NCBI GenBank assembly: GCA_001938485.1
Contig: MQRK01182049.1
Span: forward strand, 24,808 to 86,859
Direction: 5' to 3'
DNA length: 62,052 nt
From: Girardia tigrina
Taxonomy: Eukaryota
Below are positions 12,851-25,118 of the stretch, one piece after another (positions within the stretch are counted from its first letter, which is position 1; each line of letters begins with the position of its first letter). Under the pieces are notes generated by a model. That model had not been told where the DNA came from. It was given only the letters and a program-made list of their open reading frames with translations, and did no database searches. The position numbers and the translations under genes were made by a program.

Positions 12851-14749
12851 ATATATAATATATTTAACTATTTAAAATATAAATAAAAAGTATAAATTTT
12901 AATAATAAAATAAAATAATATTCAACATAAAAACATTCGATTAATATTTCATCTTTATTTTATAAAATAATTTTATGCTCTTGAAACTGTTTTTATTTTT
13001 TAAATATATTAATAAAGCAAAATAATTACCTTGGTGAGTGAATTAAAACAAAAAATGTTTTTCTAAAGAAGAAAGCCTAAGTAATGCAAACTATTTCATT
13101 TGAACATAAAATGATACCACTAGCAGCGACAATAATAATAATTTGTTCTTAAGCAAGAGTCATCCTTCAAGTGTAAAAGTAAGAAAACCGTAAGTTGTGA
13201 AAATAATTCCTCCAACTTTAATTAAATAAACCGAGTGTAAAAGAGCTTCTTCAACGAAAAGTATTCATCAGAGCAAATATTTCCCTGCAATACCAAATTT
13301 AATTAAAAATCACTGCCAATATATTTTTTTCAAAAATAAAATTATTTATTTATTTTTTAGATTTTCTGTTTCTATATGTTACAAATCAATTTTATAAAAA
13401 ATATTATTAAATGAGATTTGTTTTTTTAAACAAATTGGCTGCACACGTTTGTCGAAGAACGTAAATTGTCACATATAGTATGTGAATTTTGGTGTAAAGA
13501 AATCGAAGGTTGTATTATCAGTGGACACCCTCAAAACAAATGGAAATTTACTCAGATTACAAATATTTAAAAATTGCACCTTATTGATCAGTGTTTGGAA
13601 TTTGAAATAATTGTTATTATACATTTTGTATTGTTATTTATATTATTGGGATCTCATCCGCCTCCCTCCTTCATTGAAAAGACAAAAATTTGAATTTAAT
13701 GTCAAAGATGAGATTTAATCCCAAAAAGTATGAAAATCTGTGATATGTTATTCAATTTTTTATGTTTTCATGAATTTATATATAGATATATTGTATGAAA
13801 AAAATTAAAGACAAATGTAAAAAAATAAATAAAAGAAAAAAAAAAGTTTAAAAAAATGATAAATTATTTAAAAGAAGTGAGTTTGAACTCAGTGTGAAAA
13901 AAATATGAGTTATAGTTTTTATTACCTGAATTAACAGTTGATGATTGTTGATATCGATTATTATGATTTGGATTTTCTTGTAAATTGATTGTGGTACAAA
14001 AATTAAAGATTCAGAGAGATTGGGCTAAATATGTGTTTGCTGAATTTTTCTTAACGATTGGAGAGACGAGTTATCAGATTAGGATAAATTTTATGAAAAT
14101 AATATGTCTGAACAAACCGTCAGTGTCAAATGGTTTTGTCAACTTCTGTCCGAATCGGTTTTTGATATAATCAAAAACGTTTCAATAAGATTCAATATAC
14201 GTTAATCGAGAAATTGCTAAATGCCTTTTTCAAACTGACAATTTGTGAATTACAATGGGCCCAGCCCTCTGACCACGGAATCAAACCATGCGCACCTACT
14301 CCCTCCGTCCTATTTTCTAGGAAACCTGAGAGTCGGTCGGAACAATCAGCATCCCACTATCTATGACTTGCTAATCATTTTAATTGACCCACTTATTTTC
14401 TCAAGATATTTAAAAAAATTATAAAAATAATTTTTAGCTATAAAAATAAAAAAACGAAAAAAATATTTCTTTTATGTATTATTACTTTCCAAAAAATTGA
14501 TAATATTAATCGATTCAGTCTTTTGCGAAATTAGTTGCTAATCAACATTGCAAACATTCAAATTGCAATTTTTATGTGTTAAAATTTTTATATATTATTT
14601 GAAACGAAAAGACAAGTCGTGTTAATTATTAGTGCTATTATTTTAATATTTTTAGTGAATTTTATTTGTTAAAAATAAAGCAAGCGTGGGAGAAGTTTAA
14701 TAAACCCGGAAAATATATTGTGGAAATTATATATTCATTTTTGTAAATT

Positions 14750-15230
14750 TTATCGATGCAAAACCGAAGAAAAAAAGAAGAGATTGTTTTTAGCTAAGTG
14801 GACAGAAAAGTATTGATGCATTTAAAGTGGGAATCACGAGGGTTTAGTAGAAACAATCACTGTACAAACCTATAATGCTGAACGGGACTTTTCTTCAAAA
14901 CATAATGCGGTGAGTAACATGTCAGACGATGACAAATTAGAATATGTCAAGAAACATGTATTGAATTTTGGAATACAAAAAGATTTTTTTCGGAGCTTTG
15001 CAACACGACTTAATTATTCAATAGCTGCGATTTTTGCTGCAGCTCTCACGATTGGACGACATGACAAACCATACTACTCATCCCTTCCAACAAAGCCTTC
15101 CAAAGTCTCAACAAATTAGATTTAGTCTTTTATCTGCTTTTGGTTTTAGTTATAAATGTGAGAAAATATTTTCACAAATGAAGTCTATTTTAAATAGAAT
15201 CAGGATTAATATGACTATGGAATGTAAAAA
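14750..15230 (+). mobile_element. Internally deleted, decayed hAT (Charlie/SPIN, GTF2IRD2-like) transposase
   Basis: N-terminal F*AKWTEKY...YNAERDFSSKH and C-terminal LLSAFGFSYKCEKIFSQMK (consensus FGSTYxCEQxFSxMK). Confidence 0.6.
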
Positions 15231-15249
15231 ATAATGGCAATTGATATTC

Positions 15250-15460
15250 ATTATTAAAAAGGCCTTATTAATAAGATCCATGGATCCAAAAATTAATATT
15301 CAAGCTTCACACTCAACTTCTTTGTTAAACATTTTCAAATAGAGCCTTTATTACATAATTGATTGCATAATCATCTTTCTCATATATAAGCTGCAAAAAG
15401 CCAATGTTAATTTAGTCTGAAGATGGTGGGTAATCCGCCGAAATTAATTACGAAAATAAA
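15250..15460 (+). mobile_element. Penelope-like 3' end: GIY-YIG C-terminus plus pLTR
   Basis: ALLIRSMDPKINIQ...LLNIF, parallel to CEALLIRSCDPKINVQ at about 37825, followed by a hammerhead motif. Confidence 0.65.
15411..15455 (+). ncRNA. Minimal type I hammerhead ribozyme (family B)
   Basis: tttagt-CUGAAGA-U-GGUGG-guaau-CCGCC-GAAA-UUAA-UU-acgaaa: conserved core, 5-bp stem II and palindromic AUUAAU stem III. Confidence 0.75.
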
Positions 15461-15630
15461 TTGTGAAAAATGGCGTTCACTTTTTAATAATTAATATGAC
15501 TGTTGAACATTCTGATGACTGCATTCAAGTAAAAACGACTGCATATGAACATGACTTGTCCTAATTAACTAAAGAGGTACAGCGTGTGGAAAGCCATTAA
15601 TTATAAAGTGTACTGACGGTATATTACATA

Positions 15631-17147
15631 CAGTCTGAGTCATATAATTATCACTTTTTTAAATAAAGCCCTATCTTTTCTATTATTTAAGATATATCTC
15701 TGTAATTTAGTATATATATATTACTCATGTTATATAACAANNNNNNNNNNNNNNNNNNNNNNNNNNNNNNNNNNNNNNNNNNNNNNNNNNNNNNNNNNNN
15801 NNNNNNNNNNNNNNNNNNNNNNNNNNNNNNNNNNNNNNNNNNNNNNNNNNNNNNNNNNNNNNNNNNNNNNNNNNNNNNNNNNNNNNNNNNNNNNNNNNNN
15901 NNNNNNNNNNNNNNNNNNNNNNNNNNNNNNNNNNNNNNNNNNNNNNNNNNNNNNNNNNNNNNNNNNNNNNNNNNNNNNNNNNNNNNNNNNNNNNNNNNNN
16001 NNNNNNNNNNNNNNNNNNNNNNNNNNNNNNNNNNNNNNNNNNNNNNNNNNNNNNNNNNNNNNNNNNNNNNNNNNNNNNNNNNNNNNNNNNNNNNNNNNNN
16101 NNNNNNNNNNNNNNNNNNNNNNNNNNNNNNNNNNNNNNNNNNNNNNNNNNNNNNNNNNNNNNNNNNNNNNNNNNNNNNNNNNNNNNNNNNNNNNNNNNNN
16201 NNNNNNNNNNNNNNNNNNNNNNNNNNNNNNNNNNNNNNNNNNNNNNNNNNNNNNNNNNNNNNNNNNNNNNNNNNNNNNNNNNNNNNNNNNNNNNNNNNNN
16301 NNNNNNNNNNNNNNNNNNNNNNNNNNNNNNNNNNNNNNNNNNNNNNNNNNNNNNNNNNNNNNNNNNNNNNNNNNNNNNNNNNNNNNNNNNNNNNNNNNNN
16401 NNNNNNNNNNNNNNNNNNNNNNNNNNNNNNNNNNNNNNNNNNNNNNNNNNNNNNNNNNNNNNNNNNNNNNNNNNNNNNNNNNNNNNNNNNNNNNNNNNNN
16501 NNNNNNNNNNNNNNNNNNNNNNNNNNNNNNNNNNNNNNNNNNNNNNNNNNNNNNNNNNNNNNNNNNNNNNNNNNNNNNNNNNNNNNNNNNNNNNNNNNNN
16601 NNNNNNNNNNNNNNNNNNNNNNNNNNNNNNCACCACTTACCCTTCCGGAATTATGCTTTAATGATGTCTTATCACTTTTCCTAGCGTATTTTGAAATTTT
16701 GCTTGCAGATCGATCTAATTTGCGAGAGATTTCAACATAAGAAAGTCCAAGATCAATCATTGCATCGATTTTTCCTCTTTCATAATCTGATAGATCTTCA
16801 CCTTTACCCATTACAATCTATTACTTATATTTATANGAATTATAAGCCAAATATAAATAATATTACTTACAGTTTCATAAATTTGCCAAATAATTGAAAA
16901 TTAAAACAATAGTGGTAATTTAAACCTGCTTTATAGAAAAAGTGATAATTATCTGACTCAGCCTAAAATGGAGAAAATAATGATTTTGTGTTTTTTTTCA
17001 ATTATAGCTATCATATTAATTTCTTTTATTTAAAATATTGTTATATAACATGAGTAATATATATATACTAAATTACAGAGATATATCTTAAATAATAGAA
17101 AAGATAGGGCTTTATTTAAAAAAGTGATAATTATATGACTCAGACTG
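15631..17147 (-). mobile_element. Tc3-like (Tc1/mariner superfamily) transposon, probably young; interior lies in an assembly gap
   Basis: Near-identical TIRs of at least 110 bp (CAGTCTGAGTCATATAATTATCAC...) with a TA TSD at both ends. Transposase starts at 16811 (MGKGEDLSDYERGKIDAMIDLGLSYVEISRKLDRS), resembling the Tc3A HTH. An internal repeat of the terminal motif lies at about 16938-16962. Confidence 0.92.
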
Positions 17148-17999
17148 TATGTAGTAAATTAATTGATTTCATGTTTTTTTACCATTAATTAAATTTACTT
17201 TTATTTTGTTTGTTTAATTAGTAAATATATTTGTTTTTGTTTCTTTATTTTTTTTATTATTATCTACTTCATTTTTTTCAATAAATGAATTTATTCAATT
17301 TCGGCTATTTTTTCTATTTTTCAAATTTCTCCCTGACCCACCTAGGGCTGTAAAAGTCATATTTTTCCAGACTGTTACCCGCAACTTAAAACGGCGACCG
17401 ACTCCTTATTGATGAAAAAAGGCAAATTTCACAATTTTGTATAAAATATTTTGTAACTTGTAAAAAACAAAAGTTTGTTTCATATTATATAAATGAAGAT
17501 ATATTTTCAAAATTAATTTTCTTATATAAGTTAAATATAAATTTGCAATATTTTAAAATTAAATCCCAGAATTTTTAATTATTCATCAGAACATAAATTA
17601 CAAAATTTGGCAAAAATTTGTTTTATTTTAACTTGTAAATAAAAATTTAATTTAAAATTGTATCATGTTAATTAATTAAATAACTTTTTTAAGAATAAAT
17701 GAGTTAAAAAATTTGTTTCGTACAATGAATTCGGAAACCGATGATTGTAATAAGAATAAATGTTTTACAAATTAAGTTCCAGATGCTTTTACCACACTAT
17801 TTGTTTGACTGATTAAAAATTAGATTTAAATTTGTTAAATAATAATTTGATTTTGTACTTTAGATTCGATAAACGTTGGCTCCAATTATATATTCTGAAT
17901 GAAAAGAGGAAATCGTGGTGTAATTTCCTTTTCCATTAACGTTATAGAATAATTAGATAAAGAGATTAGTAATGTTTATTAGTAACACAATAGACACCA

Positions 18000-19910
18000 G
18001 ATTGTTAAAGAATATAATTAATTGTCAGATCATTTGACGACAATAAGTGTTATTCTGACCAAGTCCAAATCAGTGTTGCCGAAATTGTCACGTGAAATTT
18101 GTTGTACAAGTGCTGATTTCCCTATTTCCCATTTCGTCGTGTCGCCGAGCCCAGATTTTTGCATCCGGTGGTGGGTGGGGACAGGTTGAAACAAGTGTTG
18201 GAACTGGAGAGCCCTGTTTCGGCAATTATGTATGCGATTTCTTCCAGTTCTTGCAGATTGGGGGTGCAGGGGGCTGCGAGAATAACCTTGGGAATCTGGG
18301 GAGCGATTGAATGAAGAATTTCTTCAAAATCGATGAGTTGTTATCCTGTGTAATCCCTGGTTGGATCAACTCCATGCCGCGGATGACTCGTTAAAAAGAA
18401 ATTGTGATGGCTTCAGTATGCCGATTTGCTGTGTCTTAAAGTAGTTTTCAAAGACAACATCAAATTTGGGCTCGTGAGCCATCCTGATTTATCATCGAAG
18501 TTGATCATAAGGTTTTGCATGCTGGATTATGGTTGCGAGATGTGGTGCAAGCATCTGGAGTTGTTCTCCTGGGATTGCACTGAGCAGATATTGGAACAGA
18601 CTGTTCTGCTACTTGAGATGCATCGCATTGAACCTGAAATCGATTAAATTAAGCCATACTTTAGATGAGCCGGTCGGGTCGACGAAAAAGGTTGGTGGTG
18701 CAACGTTTAAAGCGTAAGTGTCTGCAAAACTAGTTTGATTACAGTCTGTGTTAATGTTACTACTCCCTGGCAGAACGATACGGCAATCCAAAATTGCGTT
18801 GGTGGTGATACCATATTGATGCCACGATAAACTCTCGCGTAATGGATTGAAGCCGTTTGTTAAATAGAGTCGGGAACCAGCCACGTCCTGAAGAGTGGAA
18901 GTGAGATGTCCAACTGTGGACATGGTATCAATAATAAACACTTCATGTTGCAGATTGGGTCACCCCTCACAATAATAGGGCTCGCCAATGTGTGTTATTA
19001 AGTTGACTGGAACTAAGCATGTAGCTCCATTTTCGGTTGGAAATCCTTGAAAGACTTTATCGTAATCATCCTCGCCACTGAACAATCTAGTCACTGTGTA
19101 GTTTGGTAGGACAAGAGTGTCACTTTTACGAGAAATGTGTTCTAAAAAGATGTTAATATCCTCGTCATCAAACCCGTATGTTGGGTCAGGCGGCTTTTCT
19201 GCTATCCCCTCAGTTTTGGAGACAGCAGTACCGACCAGTCAAGCCTTTCTTCGCTTGTCAGAACTCTTATTATAGTTTTTTTTGTTTTTTGGAGCATTGA
19301 ATCTGCAGGAGAATTTTGATACCTCTGAGACTGCATCATCCTCGCTATCTTCCAAGATAGTTTTATCAGTCGGTGGGATCATTGGAGCAATGTATTGTGT
19401 TGCATCCAATGTACACAGTATTTTTTGGTGACATAATGACTGATTTATTTGCCTTATGTATATTAATCTGAGTCATCTCAGGTTTTGCGTAGTTGTTTTC
19501 TGAAATTGTGACCTTGCTATTGTTTGTAGCAATGTGATTGATCATTATAGCATCCGATGCTGTTTTAGGGTTGTATTTTTTTGCTACGGGTTTGAATTTA
19601 GGTGCACTCTCAGAGTTACCAGCCATCTCCCCGGATAGAAATAAACCTTTGACTATGTCATAGTTAGATAGTTGTAGATCATGTGACTTAATAATGTCTT
19701 TAATGCGTTGTTTCAATGATGTATCAGCTTTCTCTAACCTAAGCGGTGATTTAAGATTGTTCAGTAATCGAAGAATGGCAATGACCTTACTCTTTGCGAC
19801 AGAATTTTCCTTCTTTCTTAGGGTTTCATGCATGTCATTCCTTAACTCTTCTAACAACATACTAACCGCTATACCATACTCTTTGCAATATCGGTGACAT
19901 CTATCGCTAA
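18000..19910 (-). mobile_element. Decayed Gypsy-type polyprotein relic: unknown N-terminal region + Ulp1/SENP (C48) protease + DUF7041-type Gag
   Basis: Reading across stops and frameshifts: GFDDEDINIFLEHI...LVPVNL/NNTHWRALL...VFIIDTM...QYGITTNAILDC (C48 motifs). Then in frame APPTFFVDPTGSSKVWLNLIDFRF...LFQYLLSAIP...KPYDQLR...IGILKPSQFL...ILKKFFIQSLP...LQELEEIA, which fits the DUF7041 Gag pattern PPFW..W...E.QF...PY..LK...LGDRKPSQLL...WL..LP. Confidence 0.75.
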
Positions 19911-20079
19911 TAAGAAGTTAATAAGAAGTGGTTTCTTATCGACAACTAATTTCATCTTCCCTGTCTAAGAACCAAAAATGTACGATATAAATGGTGTAAA
20001 TCATACGAAAAGTGCGATGTGTTTCTTTGGAAGAAATTTGAATAAATAATGTTGATATTACACAATAATTTTTTTCATT

Positions 20080-20320
20080 AAACTATGTTATTTGTTCAGA
20101 TGAATCTACTTTTGAAATATATCCTCCACGAGTTCAATATATAAGAAAAGGAACAGGTCATATAATTGAAAAACAAAGCAACGTCAACCATTCCTTAGCA
20201 AATAATGGCCTGGGGCTGCTTTTTAAAAGATGGAACATGAGCCGTAGAAATAGTTAAAGGAACCATAAATTCAGAAAAGTACATATATATTCTTCCAAAT
20301 AATCTGTTATCCCCAATGAA
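20080..20320 (+). mobile_element. Tc1 (DD34E) transposase fragment
   Basis: VICSDESTFEI ... IMAWGCF ... VKGTINSEKYIYIL, with a frameshift. Confidence 0.75.
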
Positions 20321-21553
20321 CTTGTATTAAATACAAGTCAATTGAATGAGCTAACATTATTCTTAAAAATAATAATATTCTTATTGAAATGAATTTTTAT
20401 TTATTTTTGGATTAATCGGTTGATTTAAAATATATACAAAATTTTATCCATTTAACATATATAAGCAATAAAGAAGCTAATTATCAGTGATCTGAATACG
20501 GTAAAACTGTTGAAATATATTATAACTAAAATATATTTTGAAATAAGCGTATATTTTGTTTATTTAAAAGAACATGGTATGGATTCAGTTAAACGTTGCC
20601 ATTCCTTGGGTGATCACGGAAAGGCAATAAACATGGCACTGTATCAAGAGGATATATGTCCAACATGCACTCCATATGTGGCCATGAATATGTTAAAGTA
20701 GAACGGAATATACCTGTCAAATTGCTATAGTAGACATATAGTTCAGGCAAAAAAGTAATCTTAATTCAAAATTTTTACTAAAAAATCCTAATATCGCTGT
20801 TGAAACCTAAATAAAATACCTTAATAAATCACAAAAGAAGAGCGACTTTCTGTCGGGAGAACTCTTTGTTTCTTTTGAGATCAGGAAATTCGAACACAAT
20901 TATCAAATCATTAAAAAAGTATCAAAAAAATTTAAATTATTCCAAAGAATAAATGAAATTTTCGAGACATAGAGTCACATTTGTAATGGTCAAATGAATT
21001 TATGCATGCCTCAGAGGAGATAAATAATTAACTATTATTTATTGTTAGATAAAATGAGATTGAGTTTGGGGGGAAGTGGAAATATCTTTGTATGGACTTA
21101 ATGGAACCATCTACTTATTGATACATATATCCTTTTAAAAGGGATGATATATTACAAAAATAATGTCTCCTTTACCTTTGATCCCATTATTGAGAACATG
21201 GAAACTATACATCTTACCAACTATTATACAATAAGCTTACTTCGTTAGAATCTTAAATATCCCTTAAAATGTTTATATTATCGTTTTCTATTTTTTGTTT
21301 GCGAAAAAAAGGAAGTATATCAAAGCGACAGAAGAAAAAACGTAATGTTATAATATTTGGGTTACCAAAGACGAAGTAAATCTAGATATACAAATATTTG
21401 ATGATGTAACATGTTATGATATACAATTAGTCATATAAAAATTTTAGGTATCTTGGTTGAAGACGTTGTTGGTGCTTCTCTAAACAATGATTATCTGTCC
21501 TGTTGACATCAAACTTATTATTAATATGCCTCAATCCATGTGAAAATGTTTTA

Positions 21554-21945
21554 ATAAAAATAAGATTCATCCATTAAAAAATATATTTAGAGACAAAATA
21601 TTTCAACGGATCAATCATCATCAAGTCGCTGATTAATAATTTCTTTCATCTGTATATAAATGAAAAATAATCATTATGTAATCAATTGTATGAAATCACG
21701 ATAATCAAATAATTTCAATAAGTTGGTTGAGACTGTGATTGACGTGTGAATCATTACTGATAAGGTCACGTTGCCTTAAAATAAATGACCAATGAGCTGT
21801 CTCAACCAGCTTATTTAGAATTCTTGTTTAGCGTGATTTCAATCGATTACAAATTAATTATTTATTTGACCTATACATGGTGGCTGATCAATCAAAATAT
21901 ATTGTCTCTAAAAATATTTTTTTAATGGATGAATTTAGTTTTTAT
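21554..21945. mobile_element. Fold-back made of two inverted Penelope-like 3' ends
   Basis: Arm pairs TTCATCCATTAAAAA..TATTTAGAGACAA / TTGTCTCTAAAAATA..TTTTAATGGATGAA, GAAATCACG/CGTGATTTC and GGTTGAGAC/GTCTCAACC. Homologous to 34274-34500; both hammerheads are degenerate. Confidence 0.8.
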
Positions 21946-22100
21946 AAAAATTATAGTAATAAATAAATATTAATTTAAAAAAATTAATAATTACTTTAGA
22001 GAAATCTACTTACGAAAAGAAAACAATTAAAGTTATAAAGTAATTAAAACTCAATAAAACAAGAATATTTATTGATCAAAACATCATGGCTATCACATTT

Positions 22101-22520
22101 TTACGACTGATTTGAGGCAGTTTTATTTTTGGGAGATGATGGAGCAGATCGATGTCCATATTCTCCAGAATGTTCTGGATTTGAGTTATCAGATAATATT
22201 AAGTTGGGATTAATATTCGCCCATGACTGATTCGATTTTGAGACTGTTGTGACCTTTGGTAACAGGCCAGGAATGTATGATACCCTTGACGAAGCAGTTT
22301 CATTTGGAACTGAATTAGTATGGGATAATTTACCAGTCAAAGCCGGGGAAATGTTTAGTTGATTCATCAAAGTATGGAATATTTCAGAACGTAAAAATCG
22401 TTGATATGAATCTTTTTCCATTAGAGCTTGAATCTTTTTCTGAGACTGATCAAATGTCTGTCGGGTGGCATGAATAATATCTGAGGCTGTTTGTATTCTT
22501 GTCACTGAATCAAGATTAAT
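22101..22520 (-). CDS. RGS-domain protein, last exon
   Basis: Acceptor ttcttcAG (ends 22521). Reads INLDSVTRIQT...TFDQSQKKIQALMEKDSYQRFLRSEIF (RGS C-terminal signature) to TAA at 22103-22101. AATAAA lies about 30 nt downstream. Confidence 0.93.
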   Translation of the reverse strand: MNLDSVTRIQTASDIIHATRQTFDQSQKKIQALMEKDSYQRFLRSEIFHTLMNQLNISPALTGKLSHTNSVPNETASSRVSYIPGLLPKVTTVSKSNQSWANINPNLILSDNSNPEHSGEYGHRSAPSSPKNKTASNQS

Positions 22521-22564
22521 CTGAAGAAAATGTTTTACAAAGATCTATTAATTCTCAATATAAC

Positions 22565-22731
22565 CTCTTTCGGAGATTGTTCGGCAACAAAGTCCTCAAA
22601 AATTTGAGTGGCTTTTTCTTGCATTTTTTTAGGACATTTAATCGACCTGTAAGCCTGACATTCAGACCAAAACTCCAAATTTTCATCACTAAATTCTGAC
22701 CGTAAAAACTCTAAAAAGAGTGTTATACCAT
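22565..22731 (-). CDS. RGS-domain protein, internal exon
   Basis: GITLFLEFLRSEFSDENLEFWSECQAY...ATQIFEDFVAEQSPKE, flanked by 50-nt (22781-22732) and 44-nt (22564-22521) GT-AG introns in consistent phase. Confidence 0.93.
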
Positions 22732-22781
22732 CTGTAATAGGGAGACTGAATTTTAAAACTTTTAAATCTTGTAAATATTAC

Positions 22782-23002
22782 GTTGATCATAAAGAATATT
22801 TTCGAATGACTGACTCCATGATAACACTTGTTCTCTAGTAGGACACCCATTAGTACTTTTCCAAACATTATCAAGATTAACCATGAAGTTAGGGCTGACA
22901 AGACTTGATCTGTTTGTGGATTGATTGCTTGAGGCAGGCGACAAACTATTCTCCCCCTGTTGTTTACGAAAGAAGTTAAGTTTCTCACGCATATCCACAC
23001 CA
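22782..23002 (-). CDS. RGS-domain protein, upstream exon (R4-like N-terminal helix)
   Basis: Acceptor ttcatttAG (ends 23003). Reads GVDMREKLNFFRK...PTREQVLSWSQSFENILYDQ, compared with RGS4 KDMKHRLGFLLQK and W..S.E.L. The true start may lie in an unidentified upstream exon. Confidence 0.85.
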
Positions 23003-23249
23003 CTAAATGAAAGGGTATCAATAAAAAAGGAAAAAAAATATTATTATAATATTTGATTTTGATGACAACACATTTACTCATAGTCAAATATTTAAAGGCA
23101 AACTTTATTCTCAGTCAAAGTTTTCTAGGACGTATAATTTATCACGTAAGAAATTCAACTTTCTATTAATTATATAAGACAACAATATGAAAATCAATAC
23201 ATGAAGAATCAATACATGATACATTTGTTTTCTGACCCATCAGAACTGG

Positions 23250-24555
23250 TTCAATTATTTCAGAAGTCTCAATAAAGTACTCATGAGCGTTGAAAGAAGC
23301 TGGTTACAGAGATTCTATTTTCAAGATAACATTCTCATTTATGTAAGTATTGTGAATTTATCGTCTGTAATAACTCAGACAAAATACATAGTCAGTGGTG
23401 ACGTTCAAGCATCCGTAGAATACCCACTAAAAAGTGAGCCATGAAATCCGAAAGGTATATATTGCCTAGGAATGTCATAAAGAATATTGGAACTTGCTGC
23501 TTTTCTACGTAGCTTCCATCATTCTCAACTCACATATTCTTTCGACCATCTGTCGGAAAAGTCACTTTTACACCAGACCTTTGTTTTTTTCCTAAAGATC
23601 AAGGTTGTCGCTTGCATTAATTTCTCTTTGTCGGTTAAATGTTTTTCTTTTAGATGCTTCCTTAGGTTGCAGAACATTAAGATATCGCTTTTGGCAATAT
23701 CCGAGCTTTAGGTAGGATGAGAAGGCTTCACAAATTCCCTTGACTGAAGTGTAACCTAGGCTACAGTGGATTTGTGTACGCGCACGTTATAATGGAATAA
23801 GAATAGTGTCTGGTCAAAGACCTTTCACCTTTTCTTATGCACCTCTTTAATAATATATGTATGTTATTGACCATTGATATTTGTTGTTTTGTTAGAGACA
23901 TCTGTATGAATAACATCATGTGAACCCAAAAGTCGATTGTAATCTCCTTTCGCTGCTGAGAGAATTCAGTCAATAATTTACTAGAGCACACTTCGCCTGT
24001 GAATTTTCATTTTTTGAAGATTTTATTTCTACACGAATGAAGAATGGAAGGGAACCGATCACCAATTTCAGCATAAATGTTAAGGTTATCTTGACATCAC
24101 ATGTCCACATTGAGCAAGTAAGGTACTAAATACGAGAATAACTTGTTTTCTCCCATGGAACGAGTCATTTTTGCATTATTCCATAGCTTTTTTTAAAAGT
24201 TGTTTCTTTGTCTTTTTTCTTTCATTTCCCAAGATATTCTTCAATATTTCTTCTTCAATTTTTGGGGGTCTTTCGCTTCTTTTCTCATTGTATGCATTCG
24301 TTCTGCCTCACTTAAATTCTTTAATTCCCTTGTAGGTTTTATATAAAGAAGAGACTATAGGAATTGCTTAATTGCTGAATAGCTTAATCATGTTGAATTT
24401 TCCTCTAAAGCATAAAATAATGAATAAAATTTTAATAACAGGAATGAGGTTAAATTGTTTCAAGTTATGAGGGATAATTAACAAATACCGAAATATTCAA
24501 GATATTTTGTGAATAGTGTTTGTAGTACATTGTTGATTGTAATGCGCACTGTCCC
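23250..24555 (-). pseudogene. Decayed coding relic, possibly a DNA-transposon transposase, upstream of or within an intron of the RGS gene
   Basis: Coding-like composition with runs of 50-100 codons broken by stops and frameshifts, and a possible GT-AG intron at about 24489-24405. No family motif confidently recognised. Confidence 0.3.
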
Positions 24556-25118
24556 TAATAATCAATATTAACAAACTATCTAAAATAATTTAATAAATTG
24601 AAACTATAGAAAATGTTTTGATAATAGATAATTTATTTAAATATTGATTATTTGCGCAATTAGTAAAACAAACAAACAGAAATTAATAACAGATTTCTTT
24701 GGAAATTAATCTTCAAGAGTCTTACAAAAAAACAAAAAGTTTATTAATCTTTATTATTTATATTTTTAGAAAGTCTTAAAATAAATTAAATATTTAATAA
24801 AATAAAAATGTTCCTGGATTAAATAACCTATTCTAAATTACCGGGGATCCCAGAAATAAATATTAAGTTTTAAAAAATAAATAATGATGATTAATACATC
24901 TAAAATGAGTTTTCCCATTGGAAACATAATTAATTTTAAAATAAAATTTTCTAATAGAATAATTTAGAATTAATGTAAGTATAAAAAGACGAAAATAAAT
25001 ATAAATATTCAACATTTACGAAAAATTAAAACTTAAAGTTTTTTACAAAAATAAAAAAATAATTTAGAAATCGCAAATTAAAATCTATATATAAATCTAT
25101 GTACAAGAATCAAAAGAA

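Noticed and set aside
15513-15540. Second CTGATGA near the family-B hammerhead
   Set aside because: It lacks GAAA and a closed stem II.
15687-16740. Long 303-374 aa ORFs
   Set aside because: They consist almost entirely of N-gap. Only the transposase N-terminus (16811-16632) is real.
18000-19910. Endogenous RNA-virus element interpretation
   Set aside because: The motifs fit a C48 protease and a Gypsy DUF7041 Gag. No RdRp, nucleoprotein or glycoprotein signatures were seen.
22689-23087. 132-aa ORF overlapping RGS
   Set aside because: Wrong frame, and it reads through introns. The spliced RGS model explains the region.
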